From Prionailurus viverrinus (lineage: Eukaryota): a stretch of 64,000 bases of DNA. Below the pieces are notes generated by a model. It saw nothing but the letters and a program-made list of their open reading frames with translations. It was not told the DNA's origin and did no database searches. The position numbers were made by a program, and so were the translations under genes. The DNA is taken from NCBI RefSeq assembly GCF_022837055.1, contig NC_062561.1, forward strand, positions 616,715 through 680,714. Direction: 5' to 3'. This document shows positions 23,594-36,313 of the stretch, piece by piece. Every line of letters starts with the position of its first letter. The first letter of the stretch is position 1.

Positions 23594-24327
23594 GTAAGAG
23601 CCTGATTTGTAGTTGAAAAAATACCCCCGAATGTCTTCTGATTACTTTTCCTGTTTGATAATTTTCTCATTGTTTTGGAAAATTGTGCATATCCTGAATA
23701 AATATTTAATAGATGAGTTGATTTTTAATAGTCAAAAAAAATTTTATATTTAAAATGTAACATTTAACTTCTTCGTGTTTTTATTATAAAAGTAATACCT
23801 GCTCACAATAAAATATAAACAGTACAAAATATTGATGGGAATTTAAAAGTAAAGGACTTCTTCCGTGTTTATTAATGGCTTCTTGTATTTTAAGAGTAGA
23901 TTTGACACTATTTACATTATGTTGAATTTCCATTACCACTCATTAAAAAGAAAAGGAGATAATTCTTTCTCCAATGTCGTGTAAATGAAAACCCTCGCCT
24001 TCAAAATGATGCTCCATTTGTATTTTTTAGATATTTTAATGAAATGTAACTTGAAAACAACATTCCTTCTGTGATAGAGAAAATGTAAAAAGTGGTATAG
24101 TTTAAACACATACAGATAGATCTGTAGTAAAAATACAGGCAGGAGATATACCAAAATACTAATAGTAATTATATCTGTAGTGTGCTTTCTGGTAATTTTT
24201 ATTTTTTCTTCATACTTTGTGTATTTTCCGAATTGTATCTCGCGTGAACTTGTATTGGCTTTATAATCTACATTTTTAAATGGTGCGTGCGGCTTGTTAT
24301 TTAATGGACACACGACCTATTTTCCAG

Positions 24328-24444
24328 GTTGGGGCGGAGGGTGGTAAGGCAGTGGCGGTGGTGGAACTGCAGTGCTCCCGGGAGGAGCCCGGGGACGCCG
24401 CCTTCCTGATATCCGCACACTTCCTCTCGGCCACCGGCGTCAAG
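24328..24444 (+). CDS. PARP4: PARP4 coding exon 5
   Basis: Acceptor ctattttccag|G; donor caag|GTatgg. 117 nt, phase 0-0. Translates VGAEGGKAVAVVELQCSREEPGDAAFLISAHFLSATGVK; frame confirmed by the supplied ORF track (24280..24498). Human recalled: VGMEGGQEAVVVELQCSRDSRDCPFLISSHFLLDDGME. Confidence 0.85.
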
Positions 24445-24835
24445 GTATGGATCTTTATATTGATTCGTATGTGTTTATCCACCCTCGTTCATAACTAGTT
24501 TCCTTAACATTGGTCAAGGTACCGGCCAATCTGTTACCCTTTTTCTTTTTACCTGGTAAATGGTTTTGAAAAGTTGAGCTGTGTTCTCCGTTGCAATGTC
24601 GCAGGTGAAGGAAAGGGGGTGAGAGCGGCACCTTGACTAGAGCCGCACGGGGTTCTTCAATGTCAATAGGGGAATATTCAGCGGGTGCAGGGCACGTGGG
24701 CTTCCTGCCCCTGTGTTGAAGCACTTAGGGGAACTTTCCTAACGCACACACTGCTAAAAACCACCCATTCACACACTTTAAGTACCTGCTGAGTACCAAG
24801 TGATCTACCAGAAGCCAAAGATAAAAATTACTTAG

Positions 24836-24999
24836 GGGCGCACGGGTGGCTCCGTCGGTGAGGAGCCTGACTTCAGCTCAGGTCATGATCTGGCAGTACA
24901 CGAGTTCAAGCCCCGCCTCAGGCTCTGTGCTGACAGCTCCAACCCTGCAGCCTGCTTCCTTCTGTGTCTCCCTCTCTCTCTCTGCCCCTCCCCCTTTTG

Positions 25000-25054
<55 letters not shown>

Positions 25055-25085
25055 ATAAATAAACATTAAAAAAAATTTTTTTAAT
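24836..25085 (+). mobile_element. Carnivore SINE with (CT)n tail, plus
   Basis: ggggcgcacgggtggctccgtcggtgaggagcctgacttcagctcaggtcatgatctggcagtacacgagttcaagccccgcctcaggctctgtgctgacagctccaaccctgcagcctgcttcc...(ct)n...ttaaaaataaataaacattaaaaaaaa. Confidence 0.9.
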
Positions 25086-27080
25086 TACTTCAAACCCTGC
25101 CCCTCAGAGGTAGATCACCACCAGGGAAGATTCATGATTGTAACCCTCTGGGACAGAGCTGGGACAGAACCCCCTGGGACAGAACTGATACTGAAATGTA
25201 AAGTATTGTAGGCTCACAAACAACCAGGAAGCCTTTGCAGAGCCCGAGACCTTTGCATTAGGTCACTGTCAAGTCAAGGGCATGGTTCCCATCTGAAACT
25301 ATTATGACACAAAAATAAATTCAGAACTAATACCTAAAGTTCAAAGCAAATGCTGCCACACCGTCAGGGTGTCTTCCGTTTAGACAGACTTACAGGCAGG
25401 AAGCACAGCACCCACAGGGCACACAGACCCTCTTCAGGGGGAGTGGTCCTCGTAGCATGTTACTCAGGCTCTGGATGCTTCTGGCTTTGCCCCCGCTGGA
25501 GGTGCCAGCTGTGGTGCCAGGAGGGAGACTCACATCAGGAGGAGGCACGATCTACCTGACGTAGAAAGTCACCCACAGTAGCCCATACCTGTTGTAACAT
25601 AGGCCTAGGTTGGAGATGTCTTGAAGGGAGATGCCCATCGCTTGCATCACTGTCCTCAGGGAAGCCCAAGGCTCAGGTTTCCCACCCACCATTTAAGTTT
25701 CATTCATTGAACTCCTGGTCCTGATGCAATTTATTAATGAGAGGTCACTATTACCTAAGCAATTTTGCCTAATATTACAGCGTCCCACCCTTACCAGCTT
25801 TCCACAGGAACAAATATAAAAAGTTAATCCAAGTCGAATGTGTCCAAGGAGGAGAAGGGGTTTTCTTAACTTTTTACCCAAAGACATGTGCTCTACTTTG
25901 TGGAGGATTTAGTTGTGTGGGTAAAAAGTAAGGAAACATCAAGTTGAAAACCATGATAGAGTGTGTTGTCACTGGTTTTCTTTACTGAAAACTATAAGGC
26001 TGCATCAGCCACTGTGTCCCCTCCTGCTTACTATCTCGAGAGCCCTTCCTGAGTGCCTTCCGCCCTTAGCAGGCGTGAGTCTGAGAACACAAGTAGAGTG
26101 CTCCTCCGGTGAGTGTGTTCACTTTGATAGAAATTATCCTCACCAACTGTGAAAGAGCTGTCCTGCAGAAGAGGCTTTTCTAGTTTGCCCCTCTCATAAA
26201 AAGCCAATTTGATGGAAACCTTCCAAAATTGTGTTAAACTCTGCCTTCTCAAATGGAGTAACTTGAACATGGTATGCTCTTTTCTCTAAGTTTCAGAGGT
26301 GTCCCGTGGCCACCAGTGCGGGAGGGCAGTTGAGCAGTGTCATGAGCAGCCTGGCTTCTTCCTGGGGTGACACACTCCAGAGCCAGAGGCTTGGCTGACA
26401 CCCAAACCGACACCCATGGGCAAGACCTCCCCCGTTCTCTGAGGTTAATGACTTTGGGATAACTGCTCACTACAGGAGCACGGATTTCCAGGAAAAGCAG
26501 AAGAATGCCACATCCATGGGCAGGTTGGAATGAGGGAGACAGTTTGCGTCTATCCACAGGATGCCTTGTTCCACTCCCTCAACATTATTTGCGTGACCTG
26601 AGAGCTTGCTGCCTTTCTCCTTGCTGTGGTAGTATCATTTCATTTTGACGGTGTGCTTGTCCCTAACAGTACCTCATTTCTGAGCTATTTTTCTTTTCCT
26701 CCCTTCCCCTGATTTATTTTTCCCATTTCCAAAAAGCTTGAAAGCCAGATTTCAAAGCTAATTAGAATAGTATGTAAATTAAGAATGTGTAGTCTCTGAA
26801 CAGACGTTTGAGTGACTCTCCAGTGAATCAAATGTGCCTCTTCTGCATGTTGGGCCTGCTCAAGCTTTTCTCCCTTTCAGGTTTTAGGCTGTTTTGTGAA
26901 GGATTGAAGATTTAAGTAATTCTTTGAAAATAGTTAATAAACTTTTTCATGGCAGGGATCCAATGCCTATTTACATTGCTTTCCCCTGTGGTACATAGGA
27001 GGCGTTCGGTAAAGACCCATATGTGAATAAGTTAGTACATCCTCGCATCCTGACATTTTGCTCCACGCTATGATTCACAG

Positions 27081-27230
27081 ACTAGAAGACACTTCTCTGT
27101 AAAGAAAACCTCTGCAGATGCAAGTGAGCACTATGAAAATTACATTGAAGAACTGAAGAAACAAGGATTTCTGCTAAGGGAATATTTTACACCCGAAGCA
27201 ACCCAGTTGGCATCTGAAAAACTGCAGGCG
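27081..27230 (+). CDS. PARP4: PARP4 coding exon 6
   Basis: Acceptor tgattcacag|A; donor caggcg|GTaaga. 150 nt, phase 0-0. Translates TRRHFSVKKTSADASEHYENYIEELKKQGFLLREYFTPEATQLASEKLQA. Human recalled: TRRQFAIKKTSEDASEYFENYIEELKKQGFLLREHFTPEATQLASEQLQA. Confidence 0.9.
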
Positions 27231-27761
27231 GTAAGACTGACTCATGTGTTTAGTTTTTGTGACTGACTGAGTATGTTGAATAGAAATGTTTTCTTTGTGA
27301 CAAATAAAAACTTGGCAGGAGGGAAGAGTGGGAGTTAAGAACAGGAAAGGTAAACTCACAAAAATGCACGGCAGGGCAGCCGGTGGGGAGTGAGTTCCAG
27401 GATAAGCCATGAAACTTCCTGCTTGCTTCAGCAACAAACCCTCATGGCTTTCACAAAATTTGATTATAACCTGGGCCAGGAATCAGGGGTCCTTGACCCT
27501 TCATGCTGCTTAACCTTTGATGCCACTGGCAGGCCTCAAGCTGATAAAGTGAAGGAAGAGTCAAAAGGAAACACAGAGTGGGAGTAAAAGAGAGAAGGGG
27601 AAATGAGGAGAGTGTAAGGAGGAAGTGGAAGCTCAAAGTTATCAGTCACTTGACTGCCTGTCACTCTTTGCCTGGCTGAAATTAATTATTTCTTCTCTCT
27701 TGGTTTTCAATCAGTCCACTTACGAAACTTCTTGTTGGTTTTTCAAATTTTGTTGTTGCAG

Positions 27762-27899
27762 TTGCTTTTGGAGGAGGTAATGAATTCAAGCACTCTGAGC
27801 AAAGAGGTGAGCGATTTGGTGGAGATGGTCTGGGCGGAAGCTCTCGGCCACCTGGAGCACACACTTCTCAAGCCTGCGAACAGGATTAGTCTCAATGAC
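27762..27899 (+). CDS. PARP4: PARP4 coding exon 7
   Basis: Acceptor ttgttgttgcag|T; donor aatgac|GTgagt. 138 nt, phase 0-0. Translates LLLEEVMNSSTLSKEVSDLVEMVWAEALGHLEHTLLKPANRISLND; frame matches ORF track 27732..27938. Human recalled: LLLEEVMNSSTLSQEVSDLVEMIWAEALGHLEHMLLKPVNRISLND. Confidence 0.92.
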
Positions 27900-28962
27900 G
27901 TGAGTCACGTGCATCCTCCAAGCAAACCTCTGTCGTGACAGACCCGCTTTCTGGCTCACTAGCTTGAATGATAGCACGTGTGTTTGCGCACCGGTCTGGC
28001 TGTTCCGGATGCGCTCCTGACATGCTTTTTCGTACCTTGGAGAAAGGGAATGTGGAGAGTGCTGAGAGGAAAACAAGCTTCCGGGAAAACTAGATGTTCC
28101 TGTCTCTCAAATGTCACACCCAAGAACTGCCCCAAGCAGGCTTTTTGGTGCCAGCTCTGTAGGAGGCCCGCTCTCCTAGGTCCCACCCAAGGTTTGTGGC
28201 AGGCCTGAGGGACAGGGATGCTGTTGGTCCTCAGTCGGATGCTCAGACCCTATTCTGCTTCCGTCACTGCTTCACAGTCTTGGAACTTGTGACTATTGTA
28301 GAGAAAGACAGCATGCTTCCAGAAGGTACTTTTCTTAATTTTACATGATTGAAGGAGCAAGTGAAGACAGTATTCCCAGTGGTACATTTGCGTTGTCGTA
28401 GTAAAATACTACAGTCTTCTTCTGTGGAACGGAACTAATTTATTTCAGGGAGAAAAAGGTTTCCTGGCACAAGGCTCAAAATGCACTTGTGTAATTAGAA
28501 ATACATTCTGCTGAATTTTGTTCTTACTTTGATTCTTTCTAAATTTCTAAATTTCTTTCTAAAATCTTTCTAAATTTCTTGTGTGAAAAGCACATCTCCT
28601 ATGGTTGTGTTAGAATTCCTCTCTCTGTGAATATAGACATAGCTGTGGATCCAGTTGTAGCTATAGATACAGATGTAGATGCAGGTATAGATATAGATAC
28701 ACAGATACAGATATTTAAGGCTCTGGTTCTCTCCTTTAGTTAAGCTGAGCCCATTTTTGGAAACCTTCTCATGGCATCATTGTCACAGCTGAGATACATC
28801 TCCCATAAATGTGGCAGTTGTTTTATGGCTGGTGTCCAGTAGAAAACTAATAGTTATGACGTATCTAACAACTATTTTAGGTATTTTTATGCATGTTCCT
28901 TCACTTTCTCTTTGATTGTAAAGATTCGATTTTAATAAGAGTATATTGTTGTCCACTTAAAG

Positions 28963-29136
28963 GTGAGCAAGGCGGAGGGAGTTCTCCTTCTAGTAAAGGC
29001 AGCCCTGAAAAATGGAGAAACAGAAGAACAATTGCAAAATATGATGACCGAGTTCTACAGATTAATACCTCACAGAGGCACAGCAACTGAAGAAGTGAAC
29101 CTGAGACTATTAGCTAAGAAAGAGGACCTCTGCCAG
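28963..29136 (+). CDS. PARP4: PARP4 coding exon 8
   Basis: Acceptor ccacttaaag|G; donor tgccag|GTaaat. 174 nt, phase 0-0. Translates VSKAEGVLLLVKAALKNGETEEQLQNMMTEFYRLIPHRGTATEEVNLRLLAKKEDLCQ (ORF track 28963..29148). Human recalled: VSKAEGILLLVKAALKNGETAEQLQKMMTEFYRLIPHKGTMPKEVNLGLLAKKADLCQ. Confidence 0.92.
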
Positions 29137-29458
29137 GTAAATCTCTGAAATACAGAATTCAATTTAAAATATGTTGGGGAAGAATCTTTTCAAATCTGAT
29201 TAATAAGATAGCTCTGAATCACAAAAGTTGGCTCAAAAATAAATGCTGAGCCATTTTAGAATGCTTTGGATCCTTATGGAAGTTATCTGAACCATGTTCC
29301 CAAACATGAATGTGTTGGAATACTAGTACAAAGGCACATATGTTTAGAATTGCTGCACGGTAAAGTAATTTTCTACATTAGGATGATGCCGGCCGGCCAG
29401 GTCTGAGGACCCAGAGCGGCTTCCTGGCTGCTCACAGGATAGAAATCAGCGGGATTGA

Positions 29459-29627
29459 TGGGGTGCCTGGATGGCTCAGTCAGTTAAGCGTCCAACTTCG
29501 GCTCAGGTCATGAACTCGCTGTTCATGGATTCGGGCCCAGCATCAGGTTCTGTGCTGGCAGCTCAGAGCCTGGAGCCTACTTCTGATTCTGTCTCCCTCT
29601 CTCTCTGCCCTTCCCCCACTTATCTCC

Positions 29628-29663
<36 letters not shown>

Positions 29664-29695
29664 GATAAACATTTTAAAAAATTAAAAAAGAAAGA
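29459..29695 (+). mobile_element. Carnivore SINE with (CT)n tail, plus
   Basis: ggggtgcctggatggctcagtcagttaagcgtccaacttcggctcaggtcatgaactcgctgttcatggattcgggcccagcatcaggttctgtgctggcagctcagagcctggagcctacttctgattctgtctccctctc. Confidence 0.9.
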
Positions 29696-30654
29696 AATTG
29701 CAGGATAGAAATCAAAGGTGGGCCAGCGGGAGGTGAAAGCAGAGGTTACTGAAGGGAGAGAGAGTGCAGGTACAGGCAGTGTCTGGGAGAGGGAATCTTA
29801 TCTTTGCCTGAGGTCTGGGGTTTCTGTGGAGGGTCGTGGTCTGGTGTACATGTGCTCTCAGGCATGCAGGAACTGCTCAAAACAAAGTGAGGGCTTAGGT
29901 GATGTTCCTTAGAGCCAGGAGGGTTGTGTGAGATATGTAACTCTGGTGATCTGGAATGCGCATATACTGGCTTCTCGGGTCTTCTCACCTGGTCCTTCCT
30001 TAGGTATTATCTCTTCTACAGAAATCCTTAACTCCTGGTCCCATACAAGGAGGACATGCACTATTTGCATTCTGACCTGTGTGTAAAGTGGGGGTCCTAA
30101 CAAGAATAGAAGCAGGAAAAGGAGTAAAAAGCAGATTTTTATGGAGTCCTTCAGTTTCCCTATCTCAAGGAGATGAGTTGGGATTGTGTTTGTAAAAGAA
30201 ACAGAAAGCTGTAATTGCCTTGAACAATGAGGATACTTACCCCCCTGTATAACAGGAAGCCAGCTGTAGGGTGACTGCTGGTCCAGTCGCTCAAAGGAGG
30301 CATTATCATCAGGGGCCAGCTTCTTCCCGTCTCTGTGCTCCCTTCTCCACCTGGCTCCCCTTGCATCCCATCCAGAGTATTTCTTTTCTTGTCTCTTAGA
30401 GGAGGCTCCCCCTACCCCCTTCAATCCAAAATAAGTGAAGAACCAACAGATGAGATGAACCAGTCCGCAGGATGAGAAAAGAGTCTTCCAAATTTAAAGT
30501 TTCATGATTTGCCTAACCAGAAGAAAGAACCTCAGTGGCTGGTTTTCGTATTGAGCAGGTGTCTGGGATGCCCATCCAAATGCCTTTTCATTTAACTTTT
30601 ATATATTTTCAGTAGGTAATGCATCTGCATTATTCAGAAGTCAAAATTATATAT

Positions 30655-30830
30655 TTTTTAAAGTTTATTTATTTTGAGAGAGAGAGAGAGAGCAGAGGAG
30701 GGCAGAGAGAGAGGGAGACAGAATCCCAAGAAGGCTCAGCGAGGTCAGCCCAGAGCCTGATGCCGGGCTCGTGACCTGAGCCAAAATCAAGAGTCAGATG
30801 CTTAACCGACTGAGACCCCCAGGTGCCCGG
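30655..30830 (-). mobile_element. Carnivore SINE, minus
   Basis: tttgagagagagagagagagcagaggagggcagagagagagggagacagaatcccaagaaggctcagcgaggtcagcccagagcctgatgccgggctcgtgacctgagccaaaatcaagagtcagatgcttaaccgactgagacccccaggtgccc. Confidence 0.85.
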
Positions 30831-32029
30831 TCAAAATTATATTTACAAGGAATACTCAGAGTAGTCTCTGTTCTACCCTGTCCCCTCCACCCATTGCAAC
30901 TCCCCAACTCGATAGATAACCATTTTTACTAATTCGTTTGTCTTTGCAGTTTCTTTATGCACAAAACTGTAAATATTCACATATATACTTATTCCTCTTC
31001 TCCTTTTTTGAAATAAAAAGTCATATGCCATCTTTGCTGCTCTGCACCCGCTTTTCCCCCTTAACATATCCTGTACATAGAGAGCATCTTCACTCACCAC
31101 ATTGTGGATTGTTTCCGGACTTTGCTACTACAAACAGTGCCACAGTGAATACGCTTTTGTATTTGTCATTTCGTACCTTCAGAGGAGTGTCCCTGAGACA
31201 TGTCCCAGGAATAGAAGTGCTAGCTTACAGGGTGAATGCATCTGTAATTTTGATAGATTTTGTCCGATTCCCTCATAAAGGTTCTACTGTTTGCCCACCC
31301 ATCATCAGTGAATGAGAGTTTCTATTTCCTGTAGTTTCACCACAAGTGTATTTGTCAAACTTTTATAGACTTTACCAATTTCGTGGATGAGAAATGACCT
31401 CTCAGTTCCAGGATTTGTATTTAGGGGACGTTTGTGTGTCTTTTTCTGTGAACTGCCAATTCATGTCCTTTGCCTCTTTTTCTTTTGGATCTTGATATTT
31501 TTCCATGATTTTTAGGACATCTTAAGAAGTTAGGGAGCTTAGTCTGGGACATGAGTTACAAATATTTGCTACAGTTTATTTGTTTCATTTTGTTTTGTTC
31601 TTTACTTTGCTTATGGTGAATTGGGGTGATGGTTGACGTGTTCTATTTCACCATACAGAAATTTTTTACTTTTATATAGAAAAATCCATCAGTCTCTTCT
31701 TTTCTGGCTGGTGTATTTGAATTGAAATTAGCCCCTCGCCACGCCAAGGTCATAAGGATGCATGGCAAGTAGAGTGAATAGGGCTCCCCTGTCAATGTCT
31801 CCTTAGCCTCAAAGATGGTGAAAGCAATACATTCCTGTATAAACGTAATTCAGATTATCCAGGAGCTGTGTTCCCTCCTCCAAGCTCCATGACCTATGAG
31901 TATACTAAGTATACCAGGGTTCCCTTTCAGGGAAGACACCTGTTTCTTCATCATTTTTGTGTCTTTCAAATCTAATACCAGCCTGGCATAGAGAACATGT
32001 TTAATGAATTTTTTGGTAACATAATTGGA

Positions 32030-32190
32030 CTTGAGCCCTGATGATCTGAGTTCCTATTTAGTCACTATCCCCTCTCTGCTGTGGAGTCATGAGCAACTGA
32101 TTCAGCTTCTCAGAGCCTCATTGTCCCCATCTATACAGTGAGGATAATAAGATCTAATAAGACCAGTGTAACAGTGTGGATTAAAGGAAC
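32030..32190 (+). mobile_element. MIR SINE fragment
   Basis: gcctcattgtccccatctatacagtgaggataataagatctaataagaccagtgtaacagtgtggattaaagg resembles MIR core/3' region. Confidence 0.45.
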
Positions 32191-32357
32191 AGTGTAGCTG
32201 AAAACACTTTATCAACAATGAGGTGCTGTCCTAATGTACACTATTATTATTATTGTATATTATGCTATCACTGAGGGCACAATACATACTAAAGGTATTA
32301 CCTTTAATGTGCCACTTACATATTGATCAAAATGTTGATCAAAAGCTTTGGGGAGGG

Positions 32358-32465
32358 GCACCTGGCTGGCTCAGTTGGTGGAACATGTGACTCTTGATCT
32401 CTCTGGGTTTTGAGTTCAAGCCCCACATTGGGTGCAGACATTACTTAAAAGTAAAACCTTTGGAA
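32358..32465 (+). mobile_element. Short tRNA-like SINE head (older carnivore SINE type)
   Basis: ggggcacctggctggctcagttggtggaacatgtgactcttgatctctctgggttttgagttcaagccccacattgggtgcagacattacttaaaag. Confidence 0.6.
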
Positions 32466-32583
32466 GAAAAAAAGCTTTGGGGAAATAAAATCTTATTTTT
32501 CCAATCTTTTTGAGAAAGTGTAATGTGCTATAAATATTTTGATATGTAGTGATTCTAACGTCTTACATCATTTCCATCTACAG

Positions 32584-32744
32584 CTAATAAGAGACATGGT
32601 TAATGTCTGTGAAACTAATCTGTCCAGACCCAACCCGCCTTCTCTTGCCAAATACCGAGCTTTGAGATGCAAAATTGAGCATGTTGAACAGAACACTGAA
32701 GAATTTTTCAGAGTTAGAAAAGAGGTTTTACAGAATAATCACAG
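32584..32744 (+). CDS. PARP4: PARP4 coding exon 9
   Basis: Acceptor tttccatctacag|C; donor aatcacag|GTatgc. 161 nt, phase 0 to 2. Translates LIRDMVNVCETNLSRPNPPSLAKYRALRCKIEHVEQNTEEFFRVRKEVLQNNH(+ag) (ORF track 32539..32754). Human recalled: LIRDMVNVCETNLSKPNPPSLAKYRALRCKIEHVEQNTEEFLRVRKEVLQNHH. Confidence 0.92.
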
Positions 32745-32821
32745 GTATGCATAAAGGAAATGTCTTAGGATCTGTTATTATGTAATACTATTTCAGATTC
32801 TGTTAAAAAGCTACTGTCCAG

Positions 32822-33004
32822 GGGTGCCTAGGTGTCTCAGACGCTTGATTTTTGCTTAGGTCATGATCTCATGGCTCCTGAGTTCAAGCCCCCTGCAGCT
32901 GGGCTCCACACTGAGAATCTTAAGATTCTCTCTTTCTCCCTCTCCCCACCCCCCACATGCATGCGGGCATGCTCTCTCTCAAAAAAAAAAAAAAAAAAAA
33001 AAAA
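32822..33004 (+). mobile_element. Carnivore SINE with long poly(A), plus
   Basis: ggggtgcctaggtgtctcagacgcttgatttttgcttaggtcatgatctcatggctcctgagttcaagccccctgcagctgggctccacactgagaatcttaagattctctc...(a)27. Confidence 0.8.
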
Positions 33005-34059
33005 GCTACTCTCCACAATAACCGGTATGATTTAATCCTCTATAACAAGGTAACTATATTGTGATGACAAATTTCTTTCTTCAGTGTTTATAATATAACT
33101 TGGGACAGTATTCTATGCTTGAAAACTCTCCCCATTTACTCTGAGTTCAAGCTTACCTAATCTTGCTGAGAATTAAATTTAAAAATTTTAAATCACAAGG
33201 CTTATTTGTGTTTTGAAGGGTGTTATATAGGAAAACCCATTTATATTAAGATTTTAAAATGCAGCTGTGTGCATGGTAGTTTCTAAGACACCGACTCAAT
33301 GGCATGAAAACACTCAGTTGAAAATCTGGAAAACATGGCCAGAGATATGGCACCCCTAACCGTCAGTCACATCCATTATCTGTTTCCTCACTGATGGTGA
33401 GACTCCCTGTTTCTTGTGCTCACGTGTGTTCTATAAGCCAGGACAGCAGCAGGAGCAACAGGAGGCTGGATCAGCCTCTCAGACCAGCCTTCACTGGGTG
33501 TTAGTTTCCTCTGAGAGCCTGGACCCAGTTTCAAGGTTCAGAAACTAATTTGATGGATTATTCTTAAGGGTGGGACTGACTTCCATTGGAATGGTCACTC
33601 AGCCCACTAATGTAACTTCCCAGCACTCCTCTGCCTGAAGTCTTTCTTCTGGGTGTTTCTGGCATCTCAGCTCTCCTTAGGTACAATGGGCCAGGTTAGC
33701 CTTAATCAGCCTCACACACTGCTTGGAGCCAAACCACGGGGGCCATTTGTTACATTTTTAGGAATTTTGTGAGCTGAATACCATTAGTAACTTGACATCG
33801 GCTGTGGTGGGAGGATTTATACCATAGAAACCAGCAAATGCCACAAATCGGGGTCCTGTGTGGGTTTTGCTATTGCTTTGAGAACTGGTTTTCCGGCAAC
33901 TAGCTAGAAGCAACCCCCTTATGGACTAATTCAGACCTGTCTAAAACGGTGTTCTGCCTTCCTTGATCAGTTGCCCTCAAATGCCATTACTAGCGTTACT
34001 TCATACCCACCAAGATGGCTGTATTTTTTTTTTTTTTTGAGAAAATGAAAATATGGGTA

Positions 34060-34695
34060 ATTATAGTGTTCGTGAGGATGCGGGGAAATTGGAACTCCCA
34101 TAAAATGGTGCAGCCGCTGTTTGGCGGTTCCTCAACAAATTCAGCATAGAATTACTGTCTGCCCCAGCGATTCCAGTCCTCGTTAGATACCCCAAAGAAG
34201 TGGACACAAGTACTCAAGCAGATACGGATACGTGAATGTTCATAGCAGCGCTATTCACGATAGCCCAACGGTGGAAACAACCCAAATGTCCATCAGTGGT
34301 TGAAAGGATTAGCAAAACGTGATTATGTACACATAATGGAATGTTAATCACCAAAAATGAGTGAGGTACTAATACATGTTACAAGATGGGTGAGTCTCAA
34401 AAGCATTATGCTAAGTGAAAGAAGCCAGACATGAAAGACCACATATTGTATGATTTCATGTATGTGCAATATCTGGAAGAGACAAATCGAATCCATGGAG
34501 ACAGAAAGCAGATTGCCAGGCTCCAGGAGAGGGAAGACTGGGGACCGACTGCTAAATGGGCATGGGCTGTTCTTCTGGAGTGCTGAAATGTTTAAGTAGA
34601 AGCGGTGGCTGCACATTTTAATATGCTAATTATTACGGAACGGTGTACTTCAAAGGGTTAGTTTTGTGTTATGTGACTTTTACATCAGTTAAAAA
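34060..34695 (+). mobile_element. LINE-1 3'-end (3'UTR region), sense on + strand, ending in poly(A)
   Basis: ...aaatggtgcagccgctgtttggcggttcctcaacaaattcagcatagaattactg...gaatgttcatagcagcgctattcacgatagcccaacggtggaaacaacccaaatgtccatcagtggttgaaaggattagcaaaacgtg...cattatgctaagtgaaagaagccagacatgaaagaccacatattgtatgattt...gattgccaggctccaggagaggg... matches the conserved mammalian L1 3' region. Confidence 0.8.
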
Positions 34696-35029
34696 AATCC
34701 TTTCCTTTAGATCTTTTCCAGATTTGGCTTTTGTATATAATCAAATTCCTTTTACTTCTTTTGATTTGACTTTTGACCCACCCCTAGATATCTGCTAGGA
34801 TCTAATACTAAATTAGAAACTACTAACAATGAAGGCAGAATCAGGAGGGGAGTAACCGACTTTCTCCAGGGAGTCAAAGAGAAGGAAGAGCCACGTCTTC
34901 AAGCCCTGGGGAGGGGGGTGCAGTTCGGTCATCTAATGTAACTCAAGCCCTTAGAGATCTCACCTCGCACCCTAGTAATGTCATACAACAAAAGTGGACC
35001 TCTCTGTGTGGAGAGATTCTGCTGCTGTT

Positions 35030-35100
35030 AAGAAGCACAAGCAGAAGAAGCAGAAGAAGAAGGAAAAGAATAAGCAGAAGCAGGAGAAGGAGAAGAAGAT
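35030..35100 (+). repeat. Purine-rich (GAAGMA)n low-complexity tract
   Basis: aagcacaagcagaagaagcagaagaagaaggaaaagaataagcagaagcaggagaaggagaagaag. Confidence 0.85.
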
Positions 35101-36313
35101 TTTCTCCATTTCATTTCACTAATGATGATTTTTTCATATTCATTTTTTCTAGTTACAAAATTCATGTTCTTTGCTGAAAGTTTAGACAATGTGTGAAAAC
35201 ATGAAGAAAATTAAAGATCACCCAAAATCTCACCACCCAGAGATAACCCAGAGATAACATGACCACTGTTAACATTTTGGTGTAGAATAAATATATCCCA
35301 AATTGAATTATTGATTCTTCTCCTCACCTAGTGGTGTGTTGGTAAGCCAGCTCTCTGAAATCAAAGTCCTGACTTGTAACAACTGCTGATTTCTGTGGTA
35401 TAAAAATGCTCCCACCATAGCTAATCTCAGGCTACCAATGTGACACCAAGAAACATGGAGTTGGGAAGACATACTGGATAGACTCTCCTACCCTCTCCAC
35501 CCCACAACTCCGTCCCTCCATAGTCCCCCAGTCTTTCCCCATGCCTCCCCATCTAGTCACCCACCCAGAGCCATTGTCAACTGTCCCTCATCCCCACATC
35601 TCCATTCCTGTCACTTCTGCCTCCAAAATGTCTGTAATCCATTGGCTTCTTTCGTTCACACTGCTGCCACCTTCAGTCCAGACACCGTTGTCTCATCTCC
35701 TTCCTGACGTTCTTCCCGCTCCTGCCGCATCCAATTAATTTCCCCATAACAACCAGTTAAGTCTTAGAATACACACTGTATTATGCCATGTTGCAGTAAA
35801 TGTCACCTTCAAGGATAGGCCTTTCTTGACTATCCCGTCTCTGAACCTGGTAGAGTAGAACTTAAAATCAGTTATTTGTTAACTTTTCATTTTTGTCTCG
35901 CCATTAGGATGTAAGCCCCGTGAAGCCAGAGACCATGCTATCTTGCTTCTAGTGCCTGGCAGAACACTCAGCACAGAGTGTATTTGTGAATGGTTGAGTG
36001 CAATGAATTCAAGCTATTTATTCTATATGTTATATATTTGAAAAACTTTGGGATCATACTATGCATAAAGTTTTGTAACCTATTTTTAAAATTCATTTTA
36101 CAACAAATCTTACTTCATATACTTATTTATTTTTTAAGAGTGTGATTTTTTTTATGGCTACATAGTATTTGCAAGAAATGTTATGTTGTGACTCACAGAA
36201 TCCATTCCATAATAATGGACGTTTGGGCTGTTTTGGGTTTTCTCCTGCTAATAATGATTTTTTATTTTACTTTCAATTGTACAGTCTCAAGATTTTTCTT
36301 CTGCTTTTTACAG

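Noticed and set aside
25340-25720. Moderately GC-rich unique-looking segment (69-aa ORF 25350..25559) considered as an exon of another gene
   Set aside because: No flanking splice signals in a consistent frame and no recognisable motif; most likely non-coding intronic sequence or an unrecognised old repeat
29909-30424. 171-aa minus-strand ORF
   Set aside because: Lies in the intron of a + strand gene, has no homology I recognise, and is of a length expected by chance in 64 kb; partly low-complexity
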